This document shows positions 15,601-29,399 of a DNA stretch of 64,000 nucleotides, piece after piece. Within the stretch, counting starts at the first letter, position 1. Every line of letters begins with the position of its first letter. The notes beneath the pieces are model-generated. The model was not told where the DNA came from and did not search any database. It worked only from the letters and a program-made list of their open reading frames with translations. This DNA comes from the human T2T-CHM13v2.0 reference genome, Homo sapiens. Both the position numbers and the translations under genes were made by a program. Where the stretch lies: contig CP068257.2 of assembly GCA_009914755.4 (NCBI GenBank), positions 1,184,001 through 1,248,000 of the forward strand, written 5' to 3'.

Positions 15601-18600
15601 AATGGAATGTAATGCAAAGGGATGGAGGGGAATCAACACGAGTGGAATGGAATGGAATGGAATGCAATGGAATGGAATGGAATGGAATGGAATGAAATGG
15701 ATTGGATTGGAATGGAATACAATGGAATCAACTGGAATGGAATGAAATGCAATGCAATGGAAGGGAATGGAATGGAATGGAATAAATCCGGTTGGAGTGG
15801 AATGCAATGTAATGGAGTGGAATGGAATGGAATTTAGTGGAATGGAATGGAATGGAATGGAATGGAATGGAATGGACCCGAATGGAATGGAATGGATTGG
15901 AATGGAATGGAATGGAATCAACCCGCGCGGAAAGGAATTGAATGGAATGGAGTGGAATGGAATATAATGGAATGGAATGGAAAGGAATGGAATCAACACG
16001 AATGGAATGGAACGGAATGGAATGAGTTGGGATGGAATGGAATGGAATGGAAGTTAATCAACAGGAATGGAATGCAACGGAATGGAATGGAATGGAATGG
16101 AATGAACCCGAATGGAATTGAATGGATTGGAATGCAATGGAATGGAATCAACCCGAGCGGAAAGGATTCGAATGGAATGGAGTGGAATGTAATGTAATGT
16201 AATGGAATGGAATGGAATCAACACGAATGGAATGGAACGGAATGGAATGGTATGGGATGGAATGGAATGGAATGGAAGTTAATCAACACGAATGGAGTGG
16301 AATGGAATGGAATGGAATGGAATGGAATGGAATGGAATGGAATGAAATGGAAAGGAACGGAATGGAATCAACACGAGTGGAATGGAATGGAACGGAATGG
16401 AATCAACCCGAGTGGAATGAAATGGAATGTAGTGCAATGGGATGGAGTGGAATCAACCCGAGTGGAATGGAATGGAATGGAATGGAATGGAATGGAATGG
16501 AATGGAATGGAATGGAATGAAATGGATTGGATCGGAATGGAATCCAATCGAATTAACTGGAATGGAATGGAATGGAATGGAATGGAATAAATCCGGGTGG
16601 AGTGGAATGGAATGTAATGGAGTGGAATGGAATGGAATTTTGTGGGATGGAATGGAATGGAATGGAATGCAATGGAATGGAATCAACCGGAATGGGATGG
16701 CATGGAATGGAATTGAGTGGAATGGAATGGAATGGAATGGAATGGAATGGAATCAAACCAAGTGCGATGGAATGGAATGGAATGCAGTGGAATCCACCTG
16801 AGTGGAATGGAATGGAATGGAATGGAATGGAATGGAGTGGAATGGAACGGAATGGAATGGAATGGAACGGAATAGAATGGAACAAACCCAAATGGAATGG
16901 AATGGAATTAACCCGAATGGAATGGAATGGATTGGAATGGAATGGAATGGAATCAACCTGAGCGGAAAGGAATGGAATGGAATGGAGTGGAATGTAATGG
17001 AATGGAATGGAATGGAATGGAATCAACCCGAATGGAATGGAACGGAATGGAATGGAAAGGAATGGAATGGAATGGAATGAAATGGAATGGAATGGAGTGG
17101 AATCTAACGGAATGGAGTGGAATGCAATAAACACCAGGGGAATGAAATGGATTGGAATGAAATGGAATGGAATGGAATGGAATGGAATGGAATGAAAGCA
17201 ACCCGAGTGGAATTGAACGGAATGGAATGGAATGGAAAGAAAAGAATGGAAAGGAATGGGGTGGAATCAACATGAGAGGAATGGAATGCAGTGGAATGGA
17301 ATGTGATGTAATGGAAAGGAATGGAATGGAATCAACACGAATGGAATGGAACGGAATGGAATGGGATGGGATGGAATTTAATAGAATGGAAGTTAATCAA
17401 CACGAATGGAATGGAACGGAATGGAATGGAATGGAATGGAATGGAATGGAATGGAATGGAAAGGAATGAAATGGAAAGGAACGGAATGGAATCAACACAG
17501 GTGGAATGTAATGGAACGGAATGGAATCAACCCGAGTGGGATGAAATGGAATGTAATGCAATGGGATGGAGGGGAATCAACCCGAGTGGAATGGAATGGA
17601 ATGGAATGGAATGGAATGGAATGGAATGAAATAGAATGGATCCGAAAGGAATACATTGGAATCAACTGGAATGGAATGGAATGGAATGGAATGGAATGGA
17701 ATGGAATGGAATGGAATGGAATGGAATAAATCCGGGTGGAGTGGATTGGAATGTAATGGAGAGCAATGTAATGGAATTTTGTGGAATGGAATGGAATGGA
17801 ATGGAATGGAATGGAATGAAATGGATTGGATCGGGATGGAATCCAATGGAAAAAACTGGAATGGAATGGAATGGAAGGGAATGGAATGGAATGGAATAAA
17901 TCCGGGTGGAGTGGAATGGAATGGAATGGAGTGGAATATAATGGAATTTTGTGGAATGGAATGGAATGGAATGGAATGGAATGGAATGGAATGAAATGGA
18001 TTGGATCGGAATGGAATCCAATGGAATCAACAGGAATGGAATAGAATGGAATGGAATTCAATGGAATGGAATGGAATAAATCCGGGTGGAGTGGAATGGA
18101 ATGAAATGGAGTGGAATGGAATGGAATTTAGTGGAATGGAATGGAATGGAATGGAATGGAATGGAATGGAATGGAATCAACCCGAATGGAATGGAACGCA
18201 ATGGAATGGAAAGGAATGGAATGGAATGGAATGGAATGGAATGGAATGGAATGGAATGGAATCAACACAAATGGGTTGGCATGGAATTGAATGGAATGGA
18301 ATGGAATGGAATGGAATGGAATGGAATGGAATGGAATGGAATGGAGTGGAATGGAATGAAATGGAGTGGAATGCAATAAACACCAGGGGAATGAAATGCA
18401 TTGGAATGAAATGGAATGGAATGGAATGGAATGGAATGGAATGGAATGGAATGGAATAAATCCGGGTGGAGTGGAATGGAATGTAATGGAGTGGAATGTA
18501 ATGGAATTTAGTGGAATGGGATGGAATGGAATCAACACGAATGGAATGGAACGGAATGGAATGAGATGGGATGGAATGGAATGGAATGGAAGTTAATCAA

Positions 18601-21200
18601 CACGAATTGAATGGAACGGAATGCAATGGAATGGAATGGAATGGAATGGAATGGAATGGAATGGAATGGAATGGAATGAAATCAACCCGAGTGGAATGGA
18701 ACGGAATGGAATGGAATGGAAAGGAATGAATGGAATGGAATGGTGTGGAATCAACATGAGAGGAATGGAATGGAATGGAATGGAATGGAACGGAACGGAA
18801 TGGAAAGGAATGGAATGGAATGAACGTGAATGGAATGGAATGGATTGGAATGGAAAGGAATGGAATCAACCCGAGTGGAAAGGAATGGAATGGAATGGAG
18901 TGGAATGGAATGGAATGGAATGGAATGGAGTGGAATGGAATGGAATGGAATGGAATGGAATGGAATGGAATGGAATCAACACGAATGGAATGGAACGGAA
19001 CGGAATGGGATGGGATGGAATGGAATGGAATGGAACTTAATCAACACGAATGGAAAGTAATGGAATGCAATGCACCCGAATGGAATGGAATGAACCCGAA
19101 TGGAATGGAATGGATTGGAATGCAATGGAATGGAATCAACCTGAGAGGAAAGGAATGGAATGGAATGGAGTGGAATGGAATGGAATGAACCCGAATTGAA
19201 TGGAATGGATTGGAATGGAATGGAATGGAATCAACCCGAGCTTAAAGGAATGGAACGGAATGGAGTGGAATGGAATGTAACGGAATGGAATGGAATGGAA
19301 TGGAATCAACACTAATGGAATGGAACGGAATGGAATGGGATGGGATGGAATGGAATGGAATGGAAGTTAATCAACACGAATGGAATGGAACAGAATGGAA
19401 TGGAATGGAATGGAATGGAATGAAATGGAATGGAATGGAATGAAATGAAAGGGAAAGGAACGGAATGGAATCAACACGAGTGGAATGCAATGGAAGGGAA
19501 TGGAATCAACCAGAGTGGAATGAAATGGAATGTAATGCAAAGGGATGTAGGGGAATCAACACGAGTGGAATGGAATGGAATGGAATGCAATGGAATGGAA
19601 TGGAATGGAATGGAATGAAATGGATTGGATTGGAATGGAATACAATGGAATCAACTGGAATGGAATGAAATGCAATGCAATGGAAGGGAATGGAATGGAA
19701 TGGAATAAATCCGGTTGGAGTGGAATGCAATGTAATGGAGTGGAATGGAATGGAATTTAGTGGAATGGAATGGAATGGAATGGAATGGATTGGAATGGAA
19801 TGGACCCGAATGGAATGGAATGGATTGGAATGGAATGGAATGGAATCAACCCGAGCGGAAAGGAATTGAATGGAATGGAGTGGAAAGGAATATAATGGAA
19901 TGGAATGGAAAGGAATGGAATCAACACGAATGGAATGGAACGGAATGGAATGAGATGGGATGGAATGGAATGGAATGGAAGTTAATCAACAGGAATGGAA
20001 TGCAACGGAATGGAATGGAATGGAATGGAATGAACCCGAATGGAATTGAATGGATTGGAATGCAATGGAATGCAATCAACCCGAGCGGAAAGGATTCGAA
20101 TGGAATGGAGTGGAATGTAATGTAATGTAATGGAATGGAATGGAATGGAATCAACACGAATGGAATGGAACGGAATGGAATGGTATGGGATGGAATGGAA
20201 TGGAATGGAAGTTAATCAACACGAATGGAGTGGAATGGAATGGAATGGAATGGAATGGAATGGAATGAAATGGAAAGGAACGGAATGGAATCAACACGAG
20301 TGGAATGGAATGGAACGGAATGGAATCAACCCGAGTGGAATAAAATGGAATGTAGTGCAATGGGATGGAGTGGAATCAACCCGAGTGGAATGGAATGGAA
20401 TGGAATGGAATGGAATGGAAAGGAATGGAATGAAATGGATTGGATCAGAATGGAATCCAATCGAATTAACTGGAATGGAATGGAATGGAATGGAATGGAA
20501 TAAATCCGGGTGGAGTGGAATGGAATGTAATGGAGTGGAATGGAATGGAATTTTGTGGGATGGAATGGAATGGAATGGAATGCAATGGAATGGAATCAAC
20601 CGGAATGGGATGGCATGGAATGGAATTGAGTGGAATGGAATGGAATGGAATGGAATGGAATCAAACCAAGTGCAATGGAATGGAATGGAATGGAATGGAA
20701 TCCACCTGAGTGTAATGGAATGGAATGGAATGGAATGGAATGGAGTGGAATGGAACGGAATGGAATGGAATGGAACGGAATAGAATGGAACGAACCCGAA
20801 TGGAATGGAATGGAATTAACCCGAATGTAATGGAATGGATTGGAATGGAATGCAATGGAATCAACCTGAGCGGAAAGGAATGGAATGGAATGGAGTGGAA
20901 TGTAATGTAATGGAATGGAATGGAATGGAATCAACCCGAATGGAATGCAACGGAATGGAATGGAAAGGAATGGAATGGAATGGAATGAAATGGAATGGAA
21001 TGGAGTGGAATCTAACGGAATGGAGTGGAATGCAATAAACAACAGGGGAATGAAATGGATTGGAATGGAATGGAATGGAATGGAATGGAATGAACCCGAA
21101 TGGAATGGAATGGATTGGAATGGAATGGAATGGAATCAACCTGAGCGGAGAGGATTGGAATGGAATGGAGTGGAATGGAATGTAGTGGAATGGAATGTAA
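14400..21200 (+). repeat. About 3.9-kb HSat3 higher-order period (about 1.7 copies), itself related to the start of the 6.65-kb unit
   Basis: 14798..15265 and 18775..19188 end 3923 bp apart with near-identical peptides. 15507..15695 and 19430..19618 are offset by 3923. 15847..16197 and 19745..20125 match each other. 16553..17134(-) and 20596..21042(-), and 16927..17130 and 20835..21038, are offset by 3908. 15847..16197 and 19745..20125 also match 9..479 and 6648..7133. Boundaries are approximate. Confidence 0.6.
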
Positions 21201-22599
21201 CGGAATGGAATCAACACGAATGGAATGGAACGGAATGGAATGGAATGGAATGGAATGGAATGGAATGGAATGGAAGTTAATCAACACGATTAGAATGGAA
21301 TGGAATGGAATGGAATGGAATGGAATGGAATGGAATGGAGTGGAATAGAACGGAATGGAGTGGAATGCAATAAACACCAGGGGAATGAAATGCATTGGAA
21401 TGAAATGGAATGGAATGGAATGGAATGGAATGGAATGGAATGGAATGAAATCAACCCGAGTGGAATGAAATGGAATGTAGTGCAATGGGATGGAGGGGAA
21501 TCAACCCGAGTGGAGTTGAATGGAATGGAATGGAATGGAATGGAATGAAATGGAATGGATCGGAATGGAACCCAATGGAATCAACTGGAATGGAATGGAA
21601 TGGAATGGAATGGAATGGAATGGAATGGAATGGAAAGGAATGGAATGGAATCAACCAGAATGGGATGGCATGGAATGGAATTGAGTTGAATGGAATGGAA
21701 TGGAATGGAATGGAATCAAAACAAGTGCAATGGAATGGATTGGAATGCAATGGAATCCACCCGAGTGGAATGGAATGGAATGGAATGGAATGGAATGGAA
21801 TGGAATGGAGTGGAATGGAACGGAATGGAGTGGAATGGAACGGAATGGAGTGGAATGGAATAAACACCAGGGGAATGAAATGGATTGGAATGGAATGGAA
21901 TGGAATGGAATGGAATGGAATGAAATCAACCCGAGTGGAATGGAACGGAATGGAATGGAAGGGAAAGGAATGAATGGAATGGTATGGTGTGGAATCAACA
22001 CGAGAGGAATGGAATGGAATGGAATGGAACGGAACGGAATGGAAAGGAATGGAATGGAATGAAAGCAAATGGAATGGAATGGATTGGAATGGAATGGAAT
22101 GGAATCAACCCGAGCGGAAAGGAATGGAATGGAATGGAGTGGAATGGAATGGAATGGAATGGAATGGAATGGAATGGAATGGAATGGAATCAACAAGAAT
22201 GGAATGGAACGGAACGGAATGGGATGGGATGGAATGGAATGGAATGGAACTTAATCAACACGAATGGAAAGTAATGAAATGGAATGAACCCGAATTGAAT
22301 GGAATGGATTGGAATGCAATGGAATGGAATCAACCTCAGAGGAAAGGAATGGAATGGAATGGAGTGGAATGGAATGGAATGGAATGGAATGGAATGGAAT
22401 CAACACGAATGGAATGGAATGGAATGGAATGGAATGGGATGGAATAGAATGGAATGGAAGTTAATCAAAACGAATGGAATGGAACGGAATGGAATGGAAT
22501 GGAATGGAATGAACCCGAATTGAATAGAATGGATTGGAATGGAATGGAATGGAATCAACCCGAGAGGAAAGGAATGGAATGGAATGGAGTGGAATGGAA

Positions 22600-25050
22600 T
22601 GTAATGGAATGGAATGGAATCAACATGAATGGAATGGAACGGAATGGAATGGGATGGGATGGAATGGAATGGAATGGAAGTTAATCAACACGAATGGAAT
22701 GGAACAGAATGGAATGGAATGGAATAGAATGAAATGAAAGGGAAAGGAACGGAATGGAATCAACACGAGTGGAATGGAATGGAAAAGAATGGAATCAACC
22801 CGAGTGGAATGAAATGGAATGTAATGCAATGGGATGGAGGGGAATCAACACGAGTGGAATGGAATGGAACGGAATGGAATGGATTGGAATGGAATGGAAT
22901 GAAATGGAATGGATCGGAATGGAATCCAATGGAATCAACTGGAATGGAATGGAATGGAATGGAATGGAATGGAATGGAATGGAATGGAATAAATCCGGGT
23001 GTAGTGGAATGGAATGGAATGGAGTGGAATGTAATGGAATTTTGTGGAATGGAATGGAATGGAATGGAATGGAATGGAATGGAATGGAATGGAATGGAAT
23101 CCAGTGGAATCAACTGGAATGGAATGGAATGGAAGGGAATGGAATGGAATGGAATAAATCCGGGTGGAGTGGAATGGAAAGTAATGGAGTGGAATGTAAT
23201 GGAGTTTAGTGGAATGGAATGGAATGGAATGGAATGGAATGGAATGGAATGAAATGGATTGGAAAGGAAAGGAATCCAATGGAATCAACTGGAATGGAAT
23301 GGAATGGAATGGAATGGAATGGAATAAATACGGGTGGAGTGGAATGGAATGGAATGGAGTGGAGTGGAATGGAATGGAATGGAGTGGAATGGAATGGAAT
23401 TTAGTTTGATGGAATGGAATGGAATGGAATGCAATGGAATGGAATGGAATGGAATGGAATCAACCGGAATGGGATGGCATGGAATGGAATTGAGTGGAAT
23501 GGAATGGAATGGAATGGAAAGGAATCAAACCCAGTGCAATGAAATGGAATGGAATGGAATGGAATGAAATGGAATGGAATGGAATGGAATGGAATGGAAT
23601 GGAATGGAATGGAATGGAATGAAATGGAATGGAATGGAATGGAATGGAATGAAATGGAATGGAATGGAATGGAATGGAATGGAATGGAATGGAATCAACC
23701 CGAATGGAATGGAACGGAAAGGAATGGAAAGGAATGGAATGGAATGGAATGGAATGGAATGGAATGGAATGGAATCAACATGAATGGAATGGAACGGAAC
23801 GGAATGGGATGGGATGGAATGGAATGGAATGGAAGTTAATCAACACGAATGGAATGGAACAGAATGGAATGGAATGGGATGGGGTGGAATGGAATGGAAT
23901 GGAAGTTAATCAACACGAATGGAATGGAACAGAATGGAATGGAATGGAATAGAATGAAATGAAAGGGAAAGGAACGGAATGGAATCAACACGAGTGGAAT
24001 GGAATGGAAAAGAATGGAATCAACCCGAGTGGAATGAAATGGAATGTAATGCAATGGGATGGAGGGGAATCAACACGAGTGGAATGGAATGGAATGGAAT
24101 GGAATGGATTGGAATGGAATGGAATGAAATGGAATGGATCGGAATGGAATCCAATGGAATCAACTGGAATGGAATGGAATGGAATGGAATGGAATGGAAT
24201 GGAATGGAATGGAATGGAATGGAATGGAATAAATCCGGGTGGAGTGGAATGGAATGGAATGGAGTGGAATGTAATGGAATTTTGTGGAATGGAATGGAAT
24301 GGAATGGAATGGAATGGAATGAAATGGATTGGATCGGGATGGAATCCAGTGGAATCAACTGGAATGGAATGGAATGGAAGGGAATGGAATGGAATGGAAT
24401 AAATCCGGGTGGAGTGGAATGGAAAGTAATGGAGTGGAATGTAATGGAGTTTAGTGGAATGGAATGGAATGGAATGGAATGGAATGGAATGGAATGGAAT
24501 GGAATGGAATGAAATGGATTGGATAGGAAAGGAATCCAATGGAATCAACTGGAATGGAATGGAATGGAATGGAATGGAATGGAATAAATACGGGTGGAGT
24601 GGAATGGAATGGAATGGAGTGGAATGGAATGGAATTTAGTTTGATGGAATGGAATGGAATGGAATGCAATGGAATGGAATGGAATGGAATGGAATCAACC
24701 GGAATGGGATGGCATGGAATGGAATTGAGTGGAATGGAATGGAATGGAATGGAAAGGAATCAAACCAAGTGCAATGAAATGGAATGGAATGCAATGGAAT
24801 CCACCCGAGTGGAATGGAATGGAATGGAATGGAATGGAATGGAATGGAGTGGAATAGAAAGGAATGGAGTGGAATGGAATAAACACCAGGGGAATGAAAT
24901 GGATTGGAATGAAATGGAATGGAATGGAATGGAATGGAATGAAATCAACCCAAGTGGAATGGAACGGAATGGAATGGAAAGGAATGTAATAGAATGAAAT
25001 GGCAAGGAATGGAATGGAATCAACCCAAATGGGATGGCATGGAATGGAAT
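22600..25050 (+). repeat. About 1.22-kb HSat3 higher-order period, 2 tandem copies
   Basis: 22734..23252 and 23959..24402 share MKGKGTEWNQHEWNGMEKNGINPSGMKWNVMQWDGGESTRVEWNG... at +1225. 22620..22829(-) and 23836..24054(-) are offset by +1216 to +1225. 23209..23409 and 24454..24639 are offset by +1245. Confidence 0.6.
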
Positions 25051-28000
25051 TGAATGGAATGGAATGGAATGGAATGGAATCAACCCAAGTGCAATGGAAT
25101 GGAAAGGAATGCAATGGAATCTACCCGAGTGGAATGGAATGGAATGGAATGGAATGGAATGGAATGGAATGGAATGGAGTGGAATAGAAAGGAATGGAGT
25201 GGAATGGAATAAACACCAGGGGAATGAAATGGATTGGAATGAAATGGAATGGAATGGAATGGAATGGAATGAAATCAACCCGAGTGGAATGGAACGGAAT
25301 GGAATGGAATGGATAGGAATTAATGGAATGGAATGGGGTGAAATCAACACGAGAGGAATGGAATGGAATGGAATGGAATGGAATGGAATGGAATGGAATG
25401 AACCCGAATGGAATGGAATGGATTGGAATGGAATGGAATGGAATCAACCCGAGCAGAAAGGAATGGAATGGAATGGAGTGGAATGGAATGGAATGGAATG
25501 GAAGTTAATCAACACGAATTGAATGGAACGGAATGCAATGGGATGGGTTGGAATGGAATGGAAAGAAATTTAATCAACACGAATGGAATGGAAAGGAATG
25601 GAATGGAATGGCATGGAATGGAATGGAATGGAATGGAATGGAATAGAATGAAATAGAAAGCAAAGGAATGGAATCAACACGAGTGGAATAGAATGGAACG
25701 GAATGGAATTAACCCGAGTGGAATGAAATGGAATGTAAAGCAATGGGATGGAGTGGAATCAACCCGAGTGGAATGGAATGGAATGGAATAAATCCGGGTG
25801 GAGTGCAATGGAATGTAATGGAGTGGAATGTAAAGGAATTTAGTGGAATGGAATGGAATGGAATCAACACGAATGGAATGGAACGGAAAGGAATGAGATG
25901 GGATGGAATGGAATGGAATGGAAGTTAATCAACACGAATTGAATGGAACGGAATGGAATGGAATGGAATGGAATGGAATGAAATGGAATGGAATGGAATG
26001 GAATGGAATGGAATGGAATGAAATGGAATGGAATGGAATGGAATGGAATGGAATGAAATCAACCCGAGTGGAATGGAACGGAATGGAATGGAAAGGAAAG
26101 GAATGAATGGAATGGAATGGTGTGGAATCAACACGAGAGGAACGGAATGGAACGGAAAGGAACGGAACGGAATGGAAAGGAATGGAATGGAATGAACGCG
26201 AATGGAATGGAATGGATTGGAATGGAAAGGAATGGAATCAACCCGAGCGGAAAGGAATGGAATGGAATGGACTGGAATGGAATGGAATGGAATGGAATGG
26301 AATGGAATGGAATGGAATCAACAAGAATGGAATGGAACGGAACGGAATGGGATGGGATGGAATGGAATGGAATGGAACTTAATCAACACGAATGGAAAGT
26401 AATGGAATGGAATGAACCCGAATGGAATGGAATGAACCCGAATGGAATGGAATGGACTGGAATGCAATGGAATAGAATCAACCTGAGAGGAAAGGAATGG
26501 AATGGAATGGAGTGGAATGGAATGGAATGGAATGGAATGGAATGGAATGGAATGGAATCAAAACGAATGGAATAGAACGGAATGGAATGGGACGGGATGG
26601 AATGGAATGGAATGGAAGTTAATCAACACGAATGGAATGGAACGGAATGGAATGGAATGGAATGGAATGGAATGGAATGAACCCGAATTGAATGGAATGG
26701 ATTGGAATGGAATGGAATGGAATCAACCCGAGCGGAAAGGAATGGAATGGAATGGATTGGAATGGAATGGAATGGAATGGAATGGAATGGAATGGAATCA
26801 AAACGAATGGAATAGAACGGAATGGAATGGGATGGGATGGAATGGAATGGAATGGAAGTTAATCAACACGAATGGAATGGAACGGAATGCAATGGAATGG
26901 AATGGAATGGAATGAACCCCAATTGAATGGAATGGATAGGAATGGAATGGAATGGAATCAACCCGAGCGGAAAGGAATGGAATGGAATGGAGTGGAATGG
27001 AATGTAATGGAATGGAATGGAATGGAATGGAATCAACACGAATGGAATGGAAAGGAATGGAATGGGATGGGATGGAATGGAATGGAATGGAAGTTAATCA
27101 ACACGAATGGAATGGAACGGAATGGAAAGGAATGGAATGGATCGGAATGGAACCCAATGGAATCAACTGGAATGGAATGGAATGGAATGAAATGGAATGG
27201 AATGGAATGGAATAAACCCGGGTGGAGTGGAGTGGAATGGAATTTTGTGGAATGGAATGGAATGGAATGGAATGGAATGGAATGAACCCGAATTGAATGG
27301 AATGGATTGGAATGGAATGGAATGGAATCAACACGAGCGGAAAGGAATGGAATGGAATGGATTGGAATGGAATGTAATGGAATGGAATGGAATGGAATGG
27401 AATCAACACGAATGGAATGGAACGGAATGGAATGGGATGGGATGGAATGGAATGGAACGGAAGTTAATCAACACGAATGGAATGGAACAGAATGGAATGG
27501 AATGGAATGGAATGGAATGAAATGGAATGGAATGGAATGAAATGAAAGGGAAAGGAACGGAATGGAATCAACACGAGTGGAATGGAATGGTACGGAATGG
27601 AATCAACCAGAGTGGAATGAAATGGAATGTAATGCAATGGGATGGAGCGGAATCAACACGAGTGGAATGGAATGGAATGGAATGGAATGGATTGGAATGG
27701 AATGGAATGAAATGGAATGGATCGGAATGGAATCCAATGGAATCAACTGGAATGGAATGGAATGGAATGGAATGGAATGGAATGGAATGGAATGGAATAA
27801 ATCCGGGTGGAGTGGAATGGAATGTAATGGAGTGGAATGTAATGGAATTTTCTGGAATGGAATGGAATGGAATGGAATGGAATGGATTGGATCGGAATGG
27901 AATCCAATGGAATCAACTGGAATGGAATGGAATGGAATGGAATAAATCCGGGTGGAGTGGAATGGAATGAAATGGAGTGGAATGGAATGTAATTTAATGG

Positions 28001-29399
28001 AATGGAATGGAATGGAATGGAATCAAACCGAATGGAATGGAACGGAATGGAATGGAAAGGAATGGAATGGAATGGAATGGAATGGAATGGAATCAACCCG
28101 AATGGGATGGCATGGAATTGAATTGAATGGAATGGAATGGAATGGAATGGAATGAAACCGAATGGAAAGGAATAGATTGGAATGGAATGGAATGGAATCA
28201 ACCCGAGCGGAACGGAATTGAATGGAATGGAGTGGAATGGAATATAATGGAATTGAATGGAAAGGAATGGAATCAACACGAATGGAATGGAACGGAATGG
28301 AATGGGATGGGATGGAATGGAATGGAATGGAAGTTAATCAACACGAATGGAATGGAACGGAATGGAATGGAATGGAATGGAATGGAATTGAATGGAATGA
28401 ACCCGAATGGAATGGAATGGATTGGAATGGAATGGAATGGAATCAACCTGAGCGGAAAGGATTGGAATGGAATGGAGTGGAATGGAATGGAATGGAATGG
28501 AATGTAATGGAATGGAATCAGCACGAATGGAATGGAACGGAATGGAATGGAATGGAATGGAATGGAATGGAATGGAAAGGAATGGAATGGATTCAACACG
28601 AGTGGAATGGAATGGAACAGAATGGAATCAACCCGAGTGGAATGAAATGGAATGTAGTGCAATGGGATGGAGGGGAATCAACCCGAGTGGAATGGAATGG
28701 AATGGAATGGAATGGAATGGAATGGAATGGAATGAAATGGAATGGATCGGAATGGAACACAATGGAATAAACTGGAATGGAATGGAATGGAATGGAATGG
28801 AATGGAATGGAATGGAATGGAATGGAATGGAATAAACCCGGGTGGAGTGGAATGGAATGAAATGGAGTGGAATGGAATGGAATTTAGTGGAATGGAATGG
28901 AATGGAATCAAACCGAATGGAATGGAACGGAATGGAATGGAAAGGAATGGAATGGAATGGAATGGAATGGAATGGAATGGAATGGAATGGAATCAACACA
29001 AATGGGATGGCATAGAATTGAATTGAATGGAATGGAATGGAATGGAATGGAATGGAATCAACCCAAGTGCAATGGAATGGAATGGAATGCAATGGAATAC
29101 ACCCGAGTGGAATGGAATGGAATGGAATGGCATGGAATGGAATGGAATGGAATGGAATGGAATGGAATGGAGTGGAATAGAACGGAATGGAGTGGAATGC
29201 AATAAACACCAGGGGAAAGAAATGCATTGGAATGAAATGGAATGGAATGGAATGGAATGGAATGGAATGGAATGGAATGAAATCAACCCGAGTGGAATGG
29301 AATGGAATGGAAAGGAATGAATGGAATGGAATCTGGTGGAATCAACATGAGAGGAATGGAATGGAATGGAATGGAACGGAAGGGAATGGAAAGGAATGG

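Noticed and set aside
26540-26830. An approximately 240-bp local tandem duplication (ggaatcaaaacgaatggaatagaacggaatggaatggga[c/t]gggatgg... seen at about 26551 and about 26791) as a separate feature
   Set aside because: It is real, but it is one of many small local duplications inherent to the satellite. It is not distinctive enough to list as its own feature. It is noted here only for completeness.
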